Source: a virus
Lineage: Duplodnaviria; Caudoviricetes
DNA length: 42,608 nucleotides
Reading direction: 5' to 3' (one strand)
IMG/VR virus record: IMGVR_UViG_3300006164_001685
Location: 1-42,608 of that record
A model generated the notes under the pieces. That model was not told the DNA's origin. It ran no database searches and was given only the letters and a program-made list of their open reading frames with translations. Below are positions 27,976-36,502 of this stretch, piece after piece; position 1 is the first letter of the stretch, and every line of letters starts with the position of its first letter. A program made the position numbers and the translations under genes.

Positions 27976-29254
27976 TTTTTGTATTAATACAGCAAAGAAT
28001 GAATTAAATCACGTAAAATTATTATTTAATTCACTACACCATAATTTAAAAGATACTACCCATGAAATAATAGTTTTCATTGATAGTGACAATCAAGGAA
28101 CAACAGAGTGGTTACTTACTCAAAAAGAAGTATTTCCAAATCTTAAAATTTTAAAGAATACTCTTCCCATATGTTATGGGTATGCTCGTAATATTAATGA
28201 AATGTTTAAATTTGCATCGAATGACATTGTCTCATATTTACAATCAGATATGGTAATATGTAAAAACTATGATGTAGAAATATTAAAAAACTTAGAAAAT
28301 AATATGATTTTATGTTCAACTAGAATTGAACCGCCATTACACGGAAATTCTGGAGAAAAGCATACGTATGATTTTGGGACTGATCCTACTAAATTTGATT
28401 TAAAAAAGTTTAACAAATATGCAGAATCAATTAAAGAAGATAAAATAACAGAATACTTCTTTGCTCCATTTACGTTATATAAAGACGTTTGGTTGTCTAT
28501 AGGCGGACATAATACATTGTATAGAAGATCTAGAGAAGATAGTGATATATTAATTAGATTAGTTTTAAACAATGTAAAAATTAAACAAATATGGAATGCC
28601 GTAGTATATCATTTTACATGCACTTCAAGTAGAGGGCCAGAGTGGTTTAATCAAGAAAACAAAGAAGCCCAACAACGAGTAGAATTACAACAACAAGCAG
28701 ATTATATTGAAATGCATCGTATAATTAGAAATTGGGGAAAGTTTCAGCATGATACCAATAAATTAAAATACTATAAAATTTCAGCATTCATAAGAAATAT
28801 AAATAGTGAAGAGTCTTTACATACTTTTTTAAATATTGAATCTGCATTTAATAAGATTTATGTTGAAACACCAAAAATTATTGAATTATCCCAAACTGTA
28901 TATGATAATATGCAAATACCAGCTAATAAGTTGCTTTCAATAAGTGATGCTGATTGGAAAAAATATGGATATATGTATAATCAAATACAATCAAAAGATC
29001 GAATATTTTCAATAGATGATGCCATATTAAAAGACGATGTAATTATAGAATTTGATATAAATGAATGCACTCCAGAACGCATAATGAATTTTATTTCAAA
29101 AATACAATATATTATAGAAGATACATCAGAAGTTGGTTCTTATGAACATGATATATTTAAAATTCGTATTAATAAATATATTGATAGATCATCCGAATTA
29201 ATTAAAATATCAAATCCTGTTATAAAAGACGAGCATTTATATCAAATTTTATAA
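27962..29254 (+). CDS. GT2-family glycosyltransferase with C-terminal extension
   Basis: IIVFIDSD, QSDM, IGGH...REDSD, VYHF. Confidence 0.8.
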   Translation: MKKISFCINTAKNELNHVKLLFNSLHHNLKDTTHEIIVFIDSDNQGTTEWLLTQKEVFPNLKILKNTLPICYGYARNINEMFKFASNDIVSYLQSDMVICKNYDVEILKNLENNMILCSTRIEPPLHGNSGEKHTYDFGTDPTKFDLKKFNKYAESIKEDKITEYFFAPFTLYKDVWLSIGGHNTLYRRSREDSDILIRLVLNNVKIKQIWNAVVYHFTCTSSRGPEWFNQENKEAQQRVELQQQADYIEMHRIIRNWGKFQHDTNKLKYYKISAFIRNINSEESLHTFLNIESAFNKIYVETPKIIELSQTVYDNMQIPANKLLSISDADWKKYGYMYNQIQSKDRIFSIDDAILKDDVIIEFDINECTPERIMNFISKIQYIIEDTSEVGSYEHDIFKIRINKYIDRSSELIKISNPVIKDEHLYQIL

Positions 29255-29274
29255 CCTGTTTATGAGACAGTAAC

Positions 29275-29283
29275 ATATTTATT
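29275..29283 (+). promoter_or_regulatory. class II (putative late) promoter motif ATATTTATT
   Basis: Intergenic, 14 nt before the endolysin ATG. Confidence 0.5.
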
Positions 29284-29297
29284 TAAAAAAGGTAAAT

Positions 29298-30215
29298 ATG
29301 TTACTAAAACAAGGATCTACAGGATCTGCAGTTAAAAAATTACAAGAATCTCTAGGATTATTTGCTGATGGAATATTTGGATCCGGAACAAAATCCGCTA
29401 TAATTAAATTTCAGAAAAAAAATAAATTAGTTGCAGACGGAATCGTTGGATCGTCAACTTGGGAAGTTATCGGCATTGATACAGATCAAGAAGCTGCAGC
29501 AGAAGATTCAGAATATACTACAAAAGATGGCTTAGTTATAGATAGAGAATATCTAGATAAAGATCAATATGTAAGAGACTATGGTAAAATAGAACCACGT
29601 GGTTTTTTCATACATCATACTGCTGGTTGGGATAATCCTTATAAAACTATTGGAGGTTGGAATCGAGATACAAGAGGTAGAGTAGCTACACAATATTGTA
29701 TTGGTGGAACCAATGTAAAAGGTAAAGCAGCTCCACACGACGGACAAGTAGTAGAGTGTTTTCCTAACAATTATTTAGGATGGCATTTAGGTAAAGTAGG
29801 TAAATTTGCAATATCTAAATTTTCTGGCGGAGTAGAATTAAACAATTTTGGATATCTTAAGAAAAAAGGTGATAAGTATTATACATATGTTAATACAGAA
29901 GTTAAAGCAGAATATGTTTGTGATTTAGGCTATAAATTTAGAGGCCATCAATATTGGCACGCTTATTCCGAAAAACAAATAGAAAGTTTAAGACTACTTA
30001 TTCTACACTTAAAAGATATTTATCCATTAATGGATTTAGTAAATGGACTTCCAAAACTTTTAAAAGATGGAGTTCATCCAAAAGACGCATTTGAATTTAA
30101 TGAAGATGCGTATAATGCAAAGCAATTTGGTTTGTGGACACATACAAATGTTAGAAAAGATAAATTTGATTGTTTCCCACAACCAGAACTAATAGAAATG
30201 TTAAAAAATATATAA
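29298..30215 (+). CDS. endolysin: PG_binding_1 domain + Amidase_2 N-acetylmuramoyl-L-alanine amidase
   Basis: LKQGSTG..V..LQ..L...ADGIFG..T...FQ...L.ADGIVG; IHHTAG, GVEL, TH...KFDC Zn ligands. Confidence 0.88.
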   Translation: MLLKQGSTGSAVKKLQESLGLFADGIFGSGTKSAIIKFQKKNKLVADGIVGSSTWEVIGIDTDQEAAAEDSEYTTKDGLVIDREYLDKDQYVRDYGKIEPRGFFIHHTAGWDNPYKTIGGWNRDTRGRVATQYCIGGTNVKGKAAPHDGQVVECFPNNYLGWHLGKVGKFAISKFSGGVELNNFGYLKKKGDKYYTYVNTEVKAEYVCDLGYKFRGHQYWHAYSEKQIESLRLLILHLKDIYPLMDLVNGLPKLLKDGVHPKDAFEFNEDAYNAKQFGLWTHTNVRKDKFDCFPQPELIEMLKNI

Positions 30216-30272
30216 AAATAAAAATAGGTTATTATTATGAATGAGTTACTCTTAAAATTGAAAAGTAAAATT

Positions 30273-30524
30273 ATGGCGTTTAAGGACATGTTTAAAGATG
30301 ACAATGATATTAATGAAAAGAATGTAGTAGGATTCGCATCATTTGCGGTAATGGTAATATTTGCAATTGCTGATATTATTACTGGATATATGGGAGAGCC
30401 ACTGCATGTAAATGAATTCATATATAATTCATTCTTATGGATAACCCTAGGAAGCTTTGGTATCGCAGAAGCTGGTAAAATACTAGGAAAAACTAATGCG
30501 GACGAAGAAAATGAAAATATTTAA
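30273..30524 (+). CDS. two-TM membrane protein, holin candidate
   Basis: Two hydrophobic segments, charged C-terminus, directly after the endolysin. Start may be 30237 or 30273. Confidence 0.5.
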   Translation: MAFKDMFKDDNDINEKNVVGFASFAVMVIFAIADIITGYMGEPLHVNEFIYNSFLWITLGSFGIAEAGKILGKTNADEENENI

Positions 30525-33500
30525 ATATCTATTAATTGCATTAATTAGTTTTGTAACATTTAATGTAAATGCACAGAATATAATATTTGGATGCACTGAC
30601 ACAGCTGCAGCAAATTATGATTCAACAGCAACACAGCAACTAGAAGGAAATGTTGAATTTCCCGTTGGTTGTAATCAAACCGGCTGGTTCGGAAATTATG
30701 TAGGTATAAATTTAGCATTATATCAAAACAATCCATTAGAATTTGCAGTAGGTACAAAAGTAACTATAGCAGGATATAACTATTGGATTGATGCCATGAA
30801 TGTACCTACTAATTGTAATGTAGGCGTGGCTTTAATATATGTAGCAAATACTCCAGGATTAGCAGACGGAAATTGGATGACACAGGGTGGAGTTATTCTA
30901 GGCGCTGGAGCTATACCAGGGGATCAATGGAATATAACAGAATGTTTTTACAATCCAGGATGTATGGATCCGGATTATATAGAATATGATTCAAGTGCCA
31001 ATTGGGATGATGGTAGTTGCCAAACATTAATTTTAAAAGGCTGTACAGATTCAACTTCATTGAATTATAATCCATGGGCTAATACAGATGATAGTAGTTG
31101 TATATCAAATTTTAGTTGTGGTTTTCATAAGGTTGGAATATCTGTAACTTTAAAGTTAGATAATTGGCCAAGTGAAACTAGTTGGTTACTATTACGCACA
31201 ACAGGAAACGTCACAGATACAGCTTATTATGCACCTAGAGGAACATATAATTATCAACAACAAGGACAAACTATAGTAACTAATTTTTGTGCTAATGCAG
31301 GGCCAAATCATTATTTACAATTCGTATTACAAGATTCATATGGTGATGGTATACGAGGTTCACAACCGCCTACTAATAGTGGATATTGTTTAGTAGAGAA
31401 TATAGATTGCCCTGATACTCTTTTTTATATGTCCGAAGCAAATGCTGATTTTGGTTATGTAATTACAAGTGATGGTAATTATTGGAGTCAACGATCATCG
31501 TATTGTGGCCCTACTCCTATTTTTGGCTGTACAGATCCAACATATCAAGAATATAATCCATTAGCTACTATAGATGATACTTCATGCACCAATCTTCATA
31601 TATATGGATGTATGGATACAAATTCTATTAATTATTATTCTAGTTATACAGCTTGGAATAATATAGAAACGTGTGAATATAGAGTTATATTAGAAGATGA
31701 TGGTGGTGATGGATGGGGAGAAAGTTTTATAGGTATTAAACAAGGATCTCAATTATGGGACTTTACATTAGAACCAGGAACATATGTAGATACTTTTTAT
31801 GTTAACTTTATAGTAAAAGATACGTTAGGTTTACAAGACCCAGTTGAAATGTATTATTTTGAAATAGGAGACGATCAACAATCGACTCAACAAATAGATA
31901 TTCAAACAATACAAAATTCAGTTAAAATAGAAAATAATTACGGAATTTTAATACAAGAAGGAAATTTCCCATGGGCTAATGGAAATAAATTAAAAACATA
32001 TAAAACAACTGCCGATATATATTCTGGAACACCATTTTGCGGATATGTATGTACTCCTAAAGTATATGGTTGTATGGATTTAACTTCATTAAATTATAAT
32101 CCTAATGCAAATACTGATGATGGTAGTTGTATTCCTATCATTTATGGGTGTATGAATCCTTTAGCATTTAATTATGATTCGACTGCTACAATTAGTGATA
32201 ATAATTGTATAGCTATAGTATATGGATGTACAGATCCTATATCATTTAATTATGACCCAAATGCAAATATAGATAACGGAACTTGTATTTATTTAGGATG
32301 TACAGATAATATAGCTTGTAATTATGATTCAACGGCTAATGTAGATAACGGCGGTTGTGTGTATCCAGTTCAATATTATAATTGTAATTATATTTGTCTA
32401 GACGACACAGATGGAGATGGTATTTGTGATTCATTAGAAATAGTCGGATGTACAAACCCACTTTCAATTAACTATAATTCCAATGCAACAGATAACGACG
32501 GATCATGTATACCGTATGTATATGGGTGTCTAGATCCCACATCATTTAATTATGATTCATTAGCTAACACAGCTGACGGTTCATGTATACCAGTAGTATT
32601 AGGATGTACGGATCCAACCTCTTTAAATTATGATCCTAATGCCAATACAAATAATGGTTCGTGTATAACACCTGTATATGGATGTACAGATCCTACTTCA
32701 TTTAATTATAATGCTATAGCAAATGTAGATAATGGATCTTGTATTACTATAATATATGGTTGTACAGATTCTACAATGTTTAATTATAATATTTTAGCCA
32801 ATACTGATAACGGAACTTGTATACCATATGTATATGGATGTACCGATTCCACTGCTTTAAATTACAATCTATTAGCTAACAAAGATGACAATTCATGTAT
32901 TGCTAAAGTATTTGGATGTACTAATTTGACAGCATTTAATTATGATCCATTAGCAAACACAGATGATGGCACCTGTATTCCTATTATACCGGGTTGTATA
33001 GACCCTACCATGTTCAATTATAATTCAAATGCTAATACAAGTGATGGTAGTTGTATACCGTATGTATATGGCTGTACAGACCCTGTTTCATTTAACTATG
33101 ATTCGACTGCAAACACCGATAACGGTTCATGTTTACCTATAGTTTTTGGATGTACCGATTCAACCGCTTTTAATTATGACCCATTATCTAATACTAACAA
33201 TGGCTCTTGTATTCCAATTGTATATGGTTGCACTGATCCGTCTGCATTTAATTATAACCCAGCAGCAAATACAGAAGATTTTTCATGTATCACAGTTATA
33301 TACGGTTGCACAGATTCACTATCTATAAATTATGATTCAACTGCAAATGTTGATAATGGATCATGCATTACAGGAATACCAGGATGTACAGATCCAAATG
33401 CATATAATTTTAATCCAAATGCAAATGTTCCTGATTCAGCATCGTGTTTATATGATGCCGGATGTATTACAGGTCCAGGTAATCCATATTGGTTAAATGA

Positions 33501-33855
33501 TCAATGCTATGCCTGGGTAATTAGTATAGATCCATATTGTTGTTCTGTAGGATGGGATGCTAATTGTCAAAATACATATGATTACTGTGATCAAAATAGT
33601 ACATGGACCGGCATAGAAGATTTAATTTATGATGGAGGAATAGCAATATATCCTAATCCAACTAAAGACGAAATTAATGTAGTAAGTTCTAGATTCAAAA
33701 ATGTATTAGTTACATTATATAGTATATCCGGACAAGTTGTTATAAATGAAACTAATGATAAAGTTATTGATTTAAACAATTTGCAAGATGGTGTTTATTT
33801 TATGCATATATCTGTTGCAGAATTAACATATATTAGAAAGGTAATTAAACAATGA
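30511..33855 (+). CDS. Cys-repeat surface protein with signal peptide and T9SS type-A C-terminal sorting domain
   Basis: MKIFKYLLIALISFVTFNVNA|Q; about 22 GCxD...NY...AN.DDGSC repeats; tail IYPNPT...LYSISGQ...IDLNNLQDGVYF...KVIK. Start 30496 also possible. Confidence 0.88.
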   Translation: MKIFKYLLIALISFVTFNVNAQNIIFGCTDTAAANYDSTATQQLEGNVEFPVGCNQTGWFGNYVGINLALYQNNPLEFAVGTKVTIAGYNYWIDAMNVPTNCNVGVALIYVANTPGLADGNWMTQGGVILGAGAIPGDQWNITECFYNPGCMDPDYIEYDSSANWDDGSCQTLILKGCTDSTSLNYNPWANTDDSSCISNFSCGFHKVGISVTLKLDNWPSETSWLLLRTTGNVTDTAYYAPRGTYNYQQQGQTIVTNFCANAGPNHYLQFVLQDSYGDGIRGSQPPTNSGYCLVENIDCPDTLFYMSEANADFGYVITSDGNYWSQRSSYCGPTPIFGCTDPTYQEYNPLATIDDTSCTNLHIYGCMDTNSINYYSSYTAWNNIETCEYRVILEDDGGDGWGESFIGIKQGSQLWDFTLEPGTYVDTFYVNFIVKDTLGLQDPVEMYYFEIGDDQQSTQQIDIQTIQNSVKIENNYGILIQEGNFPWANGNKLKTYKTTADIYSGTPFCGYVCTPKVYGCMDLTSLNYNPNANTDDGSCIPIIYGCMNPLAFNYDSTATISDNNCIAIVYGCTDPISFNYDPNANIDNGTCIYLGCTDNIACNYDSTANVDNGGCVYPVQYYNCNYICLDDTDGDGICDSLEIVGCTNPLSINYNSNATDNDGSCIPYVYGCLDPTSFNYDSLANTADGSCIPVVLGCTDPTSLNYDPNANTNNGSCITPVYGCTDPTSFNYNAIANVDNGSCITIIYGCTDSTMFNYNILANTDNGTCIPYVYGCTDSTALNYNLLANKDDNSCIAKVFGCTNLTAFNYDPLANTDDGTCIPIIPGCIDPTMFNYNSNANTSDGSCIPYVYGCTDPVSFNYDSTANTDNGSCLPIVFGCTDSTAFNYDPLSNTNNGSCIPIVYGCTDPSAFNYNPAANTEDFSCITVIYGCTDSLSINYDSTANVDNGSCITGIPGCTDPNAYNFNPNANVPDSASCLYDAGCITGPGNPYWLNDQCYAWVISIDPYCCSVGWDANCQNTYDYCDQNSTWTGIEDLIYDGGIAIYPNPTKDEINVVSSRFKNVLVTLYSISGQVVINETNDKVIDLNNLQDGVYFMHISVAELTYIRKVIKQ
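32068..33447 (+). repeat. degenerate coding tandem repeat, mostly 78 bp/26 aa (GCTDxxxxNYxxxANxDxGSCxxxxx)
   Basis: 17 units here, 13 of them uninterrupted from 32446; five more units lie further upstream in the gene. Confidence 0.9.
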
Positions 33856-34991
33856 CCAGAAACTTATTATTAATATTAACTTTAATACCATTATTATCAT
33901 ACAGCCAATATACACAAAAATTACACCATGGTAGACTTATTGGCAAGTCCAAAAGAGACAAAAGAGAACAGTGGAAACCATTTGAAGATTTTGATAAAAA
34001 ATTTAAAAAAGCAATTAAATTTGCTACATTTTATGGAGCATTAAATGGAAATAATAGTATTGCAGATGCTGATGTATATTCAATAAACACTGGCCAACTA
34101 CTTAATAGTACAATAGAAACGCCATTTGATTATTCAATTGTTCTTGGAGTAAGAAAGATAGCTAGATTTGGTTATGAAAATAGAGCAAATGTGTTTTACA
34201 ATGGCACCGAACATACATATGCTGATGCTGCAACAATAGGAAAGATATCTGGATTTGAATTTTTAATAGAAGCAGATTATAAAAGAAGATTTGGAAAAAC
34301 ATATCTAGATCAAAATCATTTCTTGAGATATGTAGCAGATAGATGGATTGTTAAGACAGAATATGTGCAACAAGGATTTGCCGATATTAAGTACTTTGAA
34401 GCATCACAAAGATATAGACAGAAAGTTAATAAAAAGTTATCATGGAATATAGGTATGGTACAACGAATATCAGAACCGTACGGATATAATCCATTAGAAG
34501 AATTTATATTACCAAATGGAAGTTTACATTATACTGCATTAGCATTACAAGAAGGATATAATGTAGAATTTTTACCAGGCGGTCAAATAAATTATTTAAA
34601 TCCAGCTGGTAACTTAGTAGCAGATAATAACATTATTTGGGAAGAGGTAGTAATACCAGAAATGCTAGCTAATTATGTTGACAGAAAAAAAGACGAAATA
34701 CCACAACAATGGAATTATTCATTTGTAGTTGGATATGATTTTTATCATTATACCAAAACCTTTTGGGTACATTCTTGGGCAAGTATAATGCCATTTCATT
34801 TAGAGACTGGCGAATATGCATATCACAAATTTATAGCTCCAAAGCAAACATGGATTGATATTGCCGCCGGATTTATATTAGGAAATAGGATAAATAAACA
34901 CTTAGGTATATTTATAGAAGGTAAGTATAATAAGTATTGGAACAGAGAATGGCACGATTTTAGTGTTGGACTAAATTATATAATTTTTTAA
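33852..34991 (+). CDS. putative outer-membrane beta-barrel protein
   Basis: Signal peptide ending SYS|Q, aromatic alternating strands, C-terminal FSVGLNYIIF beta-signal-like end. Confidence 0.6.
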   Translation: MTRNLLLILTLIPLLSYSQYTQKLHHGRLIGKSKRDKREQWKPFEDFDKKFKKAIKFATFYGALNGNNSIADADVYSINTGQLLNSTIETPFDYSIVLGVRKIARFGYENRANVFYNGTEHTYADAATIGKISGFEFLIEADYKRRFGKTYLDQNHFLRYVADRWIVKTEYVQQGFADIKYFEASQRYRQKVNKKLSWNIGMVQRISEPYGYNPLEEFILPNGSLHYTALALQEGYNVEFLPGGQINYLNPAGNLVADNNIIWEEVVIPEMLANYVDRKKDEIPQQWNYSFVVGYDFYHYTKTFWVHSWASIMPFHLETGEYAYHKFIAPKQTWIDIAAGFILGNRINKHLGIFIEGKYNKYWNREWHDFSVGLNYIIF

Positions 34992-35003
34992 GAAGATAAC
35001 AAG

Positions 35004-35300
35004 ATGGGAAAAGAATTAAATGAAGACACGGGATTTAAAGTAAGTCTTAAAACTTTAGGAGGTATAGGATTTGTAATGGTGACTGTAATAGGAATGTGGT
35101 TTTCATTACAAGCTGATATTGAAGAAGCAAAACAACTTCCAGAACCATTACCAGCAGATGTTACTAGAATGGAATTTGATATGAAAGATCAATTAATACG
35201 TCAAACTATTATGACTACACAAAAAGATGTAGAAGAGCTAAAAGAAGATATGGGTCATATCGAAGCAAAACTAGATAAACTTATCGAAAAAAGGAGATAA
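35004..35300 (+). CDS. single-TM protein with Pro linker and C-terminal coiled coil
   Basis: TM LGGIGFVMVTVIGMWFSL, PEPLP, heptads DVEELKEDMGHIEAKLDKL. Confidence 0.7.
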   Translation: MGKELNEDTGFKVSLKTLGGIGFVMVTVIGMWFSLQADIEEAKQLPEPLPADVTRMEFDMKDQLIRQTIMTTQKDVEELKEDMGHIEAKLDKLIEKRR

Positions 35301-35301
35301 T

Positions 35302-35628
35302 ATGAGAAAATTTCTGATAATAATATTCTTATTTATATCATATAATATTATATCTCAAATAGAAGTTATTCAATTTAATGCAAATTGGAATGAAGCAAAT
35401 GGAGTTAATTGGCTGGGTAAATTAACAGATACAAAAATTAGTGAAGTTTGTATAGTATCAAATAAAGCAGCTCAAGCAAAATATAAAATAGTAGTAGTAC
35501 CAACGATTGTCGTTTTTAACAACGGAGAAGAAGTTAAACGGTATCAAGCAAACATCATGATGAAAATGGAAGCCAAATTGGAAGATATTCAAAATGTTGT
35601 TGATGAAACAGTAATGGAGTCATTCTAA
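35302..35628 (+). CDS. exported thioredoxin-fold protein lacking CxxC
   Basis: Signal peptide ending IIS|Q; FNANWNEAN in place of F.A.WCxxC; VVPT cis-Pro loop; NGEEVKR. Confidence 0.7.
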   Translation: MRKFLIIIFLFISYNIISQIEVIQFNANWNEANGVNWLGKLTDTKISEVCIVSNKAAQAKYKIVVVPTIVVFNNGEEVKRYQANIMMKMEAKLEDIQNVVDETVMESF

Positions 35629-36083
35629 TGTATGAATATAAATGTAAAGTAAATAAGGTAATTGACGGAGATACAGTTGATGTTGATATTGATTTGGGAT
35701 TTGGAATAGTTTTAACGGATGAAAGAGTTAGAATAATGGGTATTGATACTCCAGAGTCTAGAACAAGAGATAAAATAGAAAAATTATTTGGATTTGCATC
35801 TAAAAAAAGATTACAAGAATTATTATCTAAGAATTGTGTACTTAAAACAGAAATCAATAAAAAAGGTGAAGATATGAAAGGCAAATTTGGCCGAGTATTA
35901 GGAGACTTTGTATCAGTAGATGGAAGAATGATTACTGATATTCTTATTGAAGAAGGGTATGCAGTAGCATATCATGGACAATCTAAAAATGATATTCGTG
36001 ATGCGCATATGACAAATCGAATCAAATTATTAAATGAAGGTATCATATCACAATCAGATATTGATAACATTGCTAAAAAATAA
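35628..36083 (+). CDS. thermonuclease (SNase-like)
   Basis: KVIDGDT, RIMGIDTPE, KFGRVLG, EGYAVAY. Confidence 0.88.
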   Translation: MYEYKCKVNKVIDGDTVDVDIDLGFGIVLTDERVRIMGIDTPESRTRDKIEKLFGFASKKRLQELLSKNCVLKTEINKKGEDMKGKFGRVLGDFVSVDGRMITDILIEEGYAVAYHGQSKNDIRDAHMTNRIKLLNEGIISQSDIDNIAKK

Positions 36084-36084
36084 C

Positions 36085-36113
36085 TAGGATAAATTCATAT
36101 TTTTTATTATAAT
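36085..36113 (+). promoter_or_regulatory. class I promoter-like motif TAGGAT-N17-TATAAT
   Basis: Exact spacing; only 5 nt before ATG 36119. Confidence 0.65.
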
Positions 36114-36118
36114 AGGTT

Positions 36119-36466
36119 ATGAATTATCGATTGATTACTTTTTCAATATTACTATTTACTTTAGGACACATAATAGTCTGGATGCAATTAAATGGGCCTA
36201 TATTATGGCCATCATTTAAAAAATACAAATTTTTATTAGCTTTATTAGGAGTACCAATAACATATATCTTTATGTCAGCTACTCAATATACTATTTCTGG
36301 GTTTCAAGGATTATTTTGGCCCGGTAGATTTGTTGCATTTGTATGTGGTATTACTGTATTTACTATATTTACATACTATTTTAAAGGAGAAGCTATAACG
36401 TTAAAAACTGCTGCATCCTTAATATTAGCATTTTCCATAATAATAATACAGTTGTTTTGGAAATAA
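36119..36466 (+). CDS. small four-TM membrane protein (SMR/DMT-like topology)
   Basis: Four hydrophobic segments in 115 aa; FKGEAITL before the last helix resembles DMT-type proteins. Confidence 0.6.
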   Translation: MNYRLITFSILLFTLGHIIVWMQLNGPILWPSFKKYKFLLALLGVPITYIFMSATQYTISGFQGLFWPGRFVAFVCGITVFTIFTYYFKGEAITLKTAASLILAFSIIIIQLFWK

Positions 36467-36468
36467 CC

Positions 36469-36477
36469 ATATTTATA
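36469..36477 (+). promoter_or_regulatory. class II (putative late) promoter motif ATATTTATA
   Basis: Intergenic, upstream of the 857-aa gene. Confidence 0.55.
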
Positions 36478-36502
36478 TAAAAGAAAAGCACTGGAGTATT
36501 AA

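Noticed and set aside
7611-29254. Bacterial chromosomal O-antigen/capsule locus
   Set aside because: No flippase, polymerase, exporter or initiating transferase; flanked seamlessly by T4-like replication genes and an endolysin; shares promoter motifs with the phage genes.
29256-29270. CTGTT-TATGA-GACAG hairpin as a rho-independent terminator after the glycan island
   Set aside because: Only a 5-bp stem with a G-U pair and no proper U tract; too weak to call.
32068-33447. 78-bp periodic repeats as a CRISPR array or DGR template/variable repeat
   Set aside because: Units are in-frame, degenerate at synonymous positions and have no constant-repeat/unique-spacer structure. No cas1 or reverse transcriptase is nearby.
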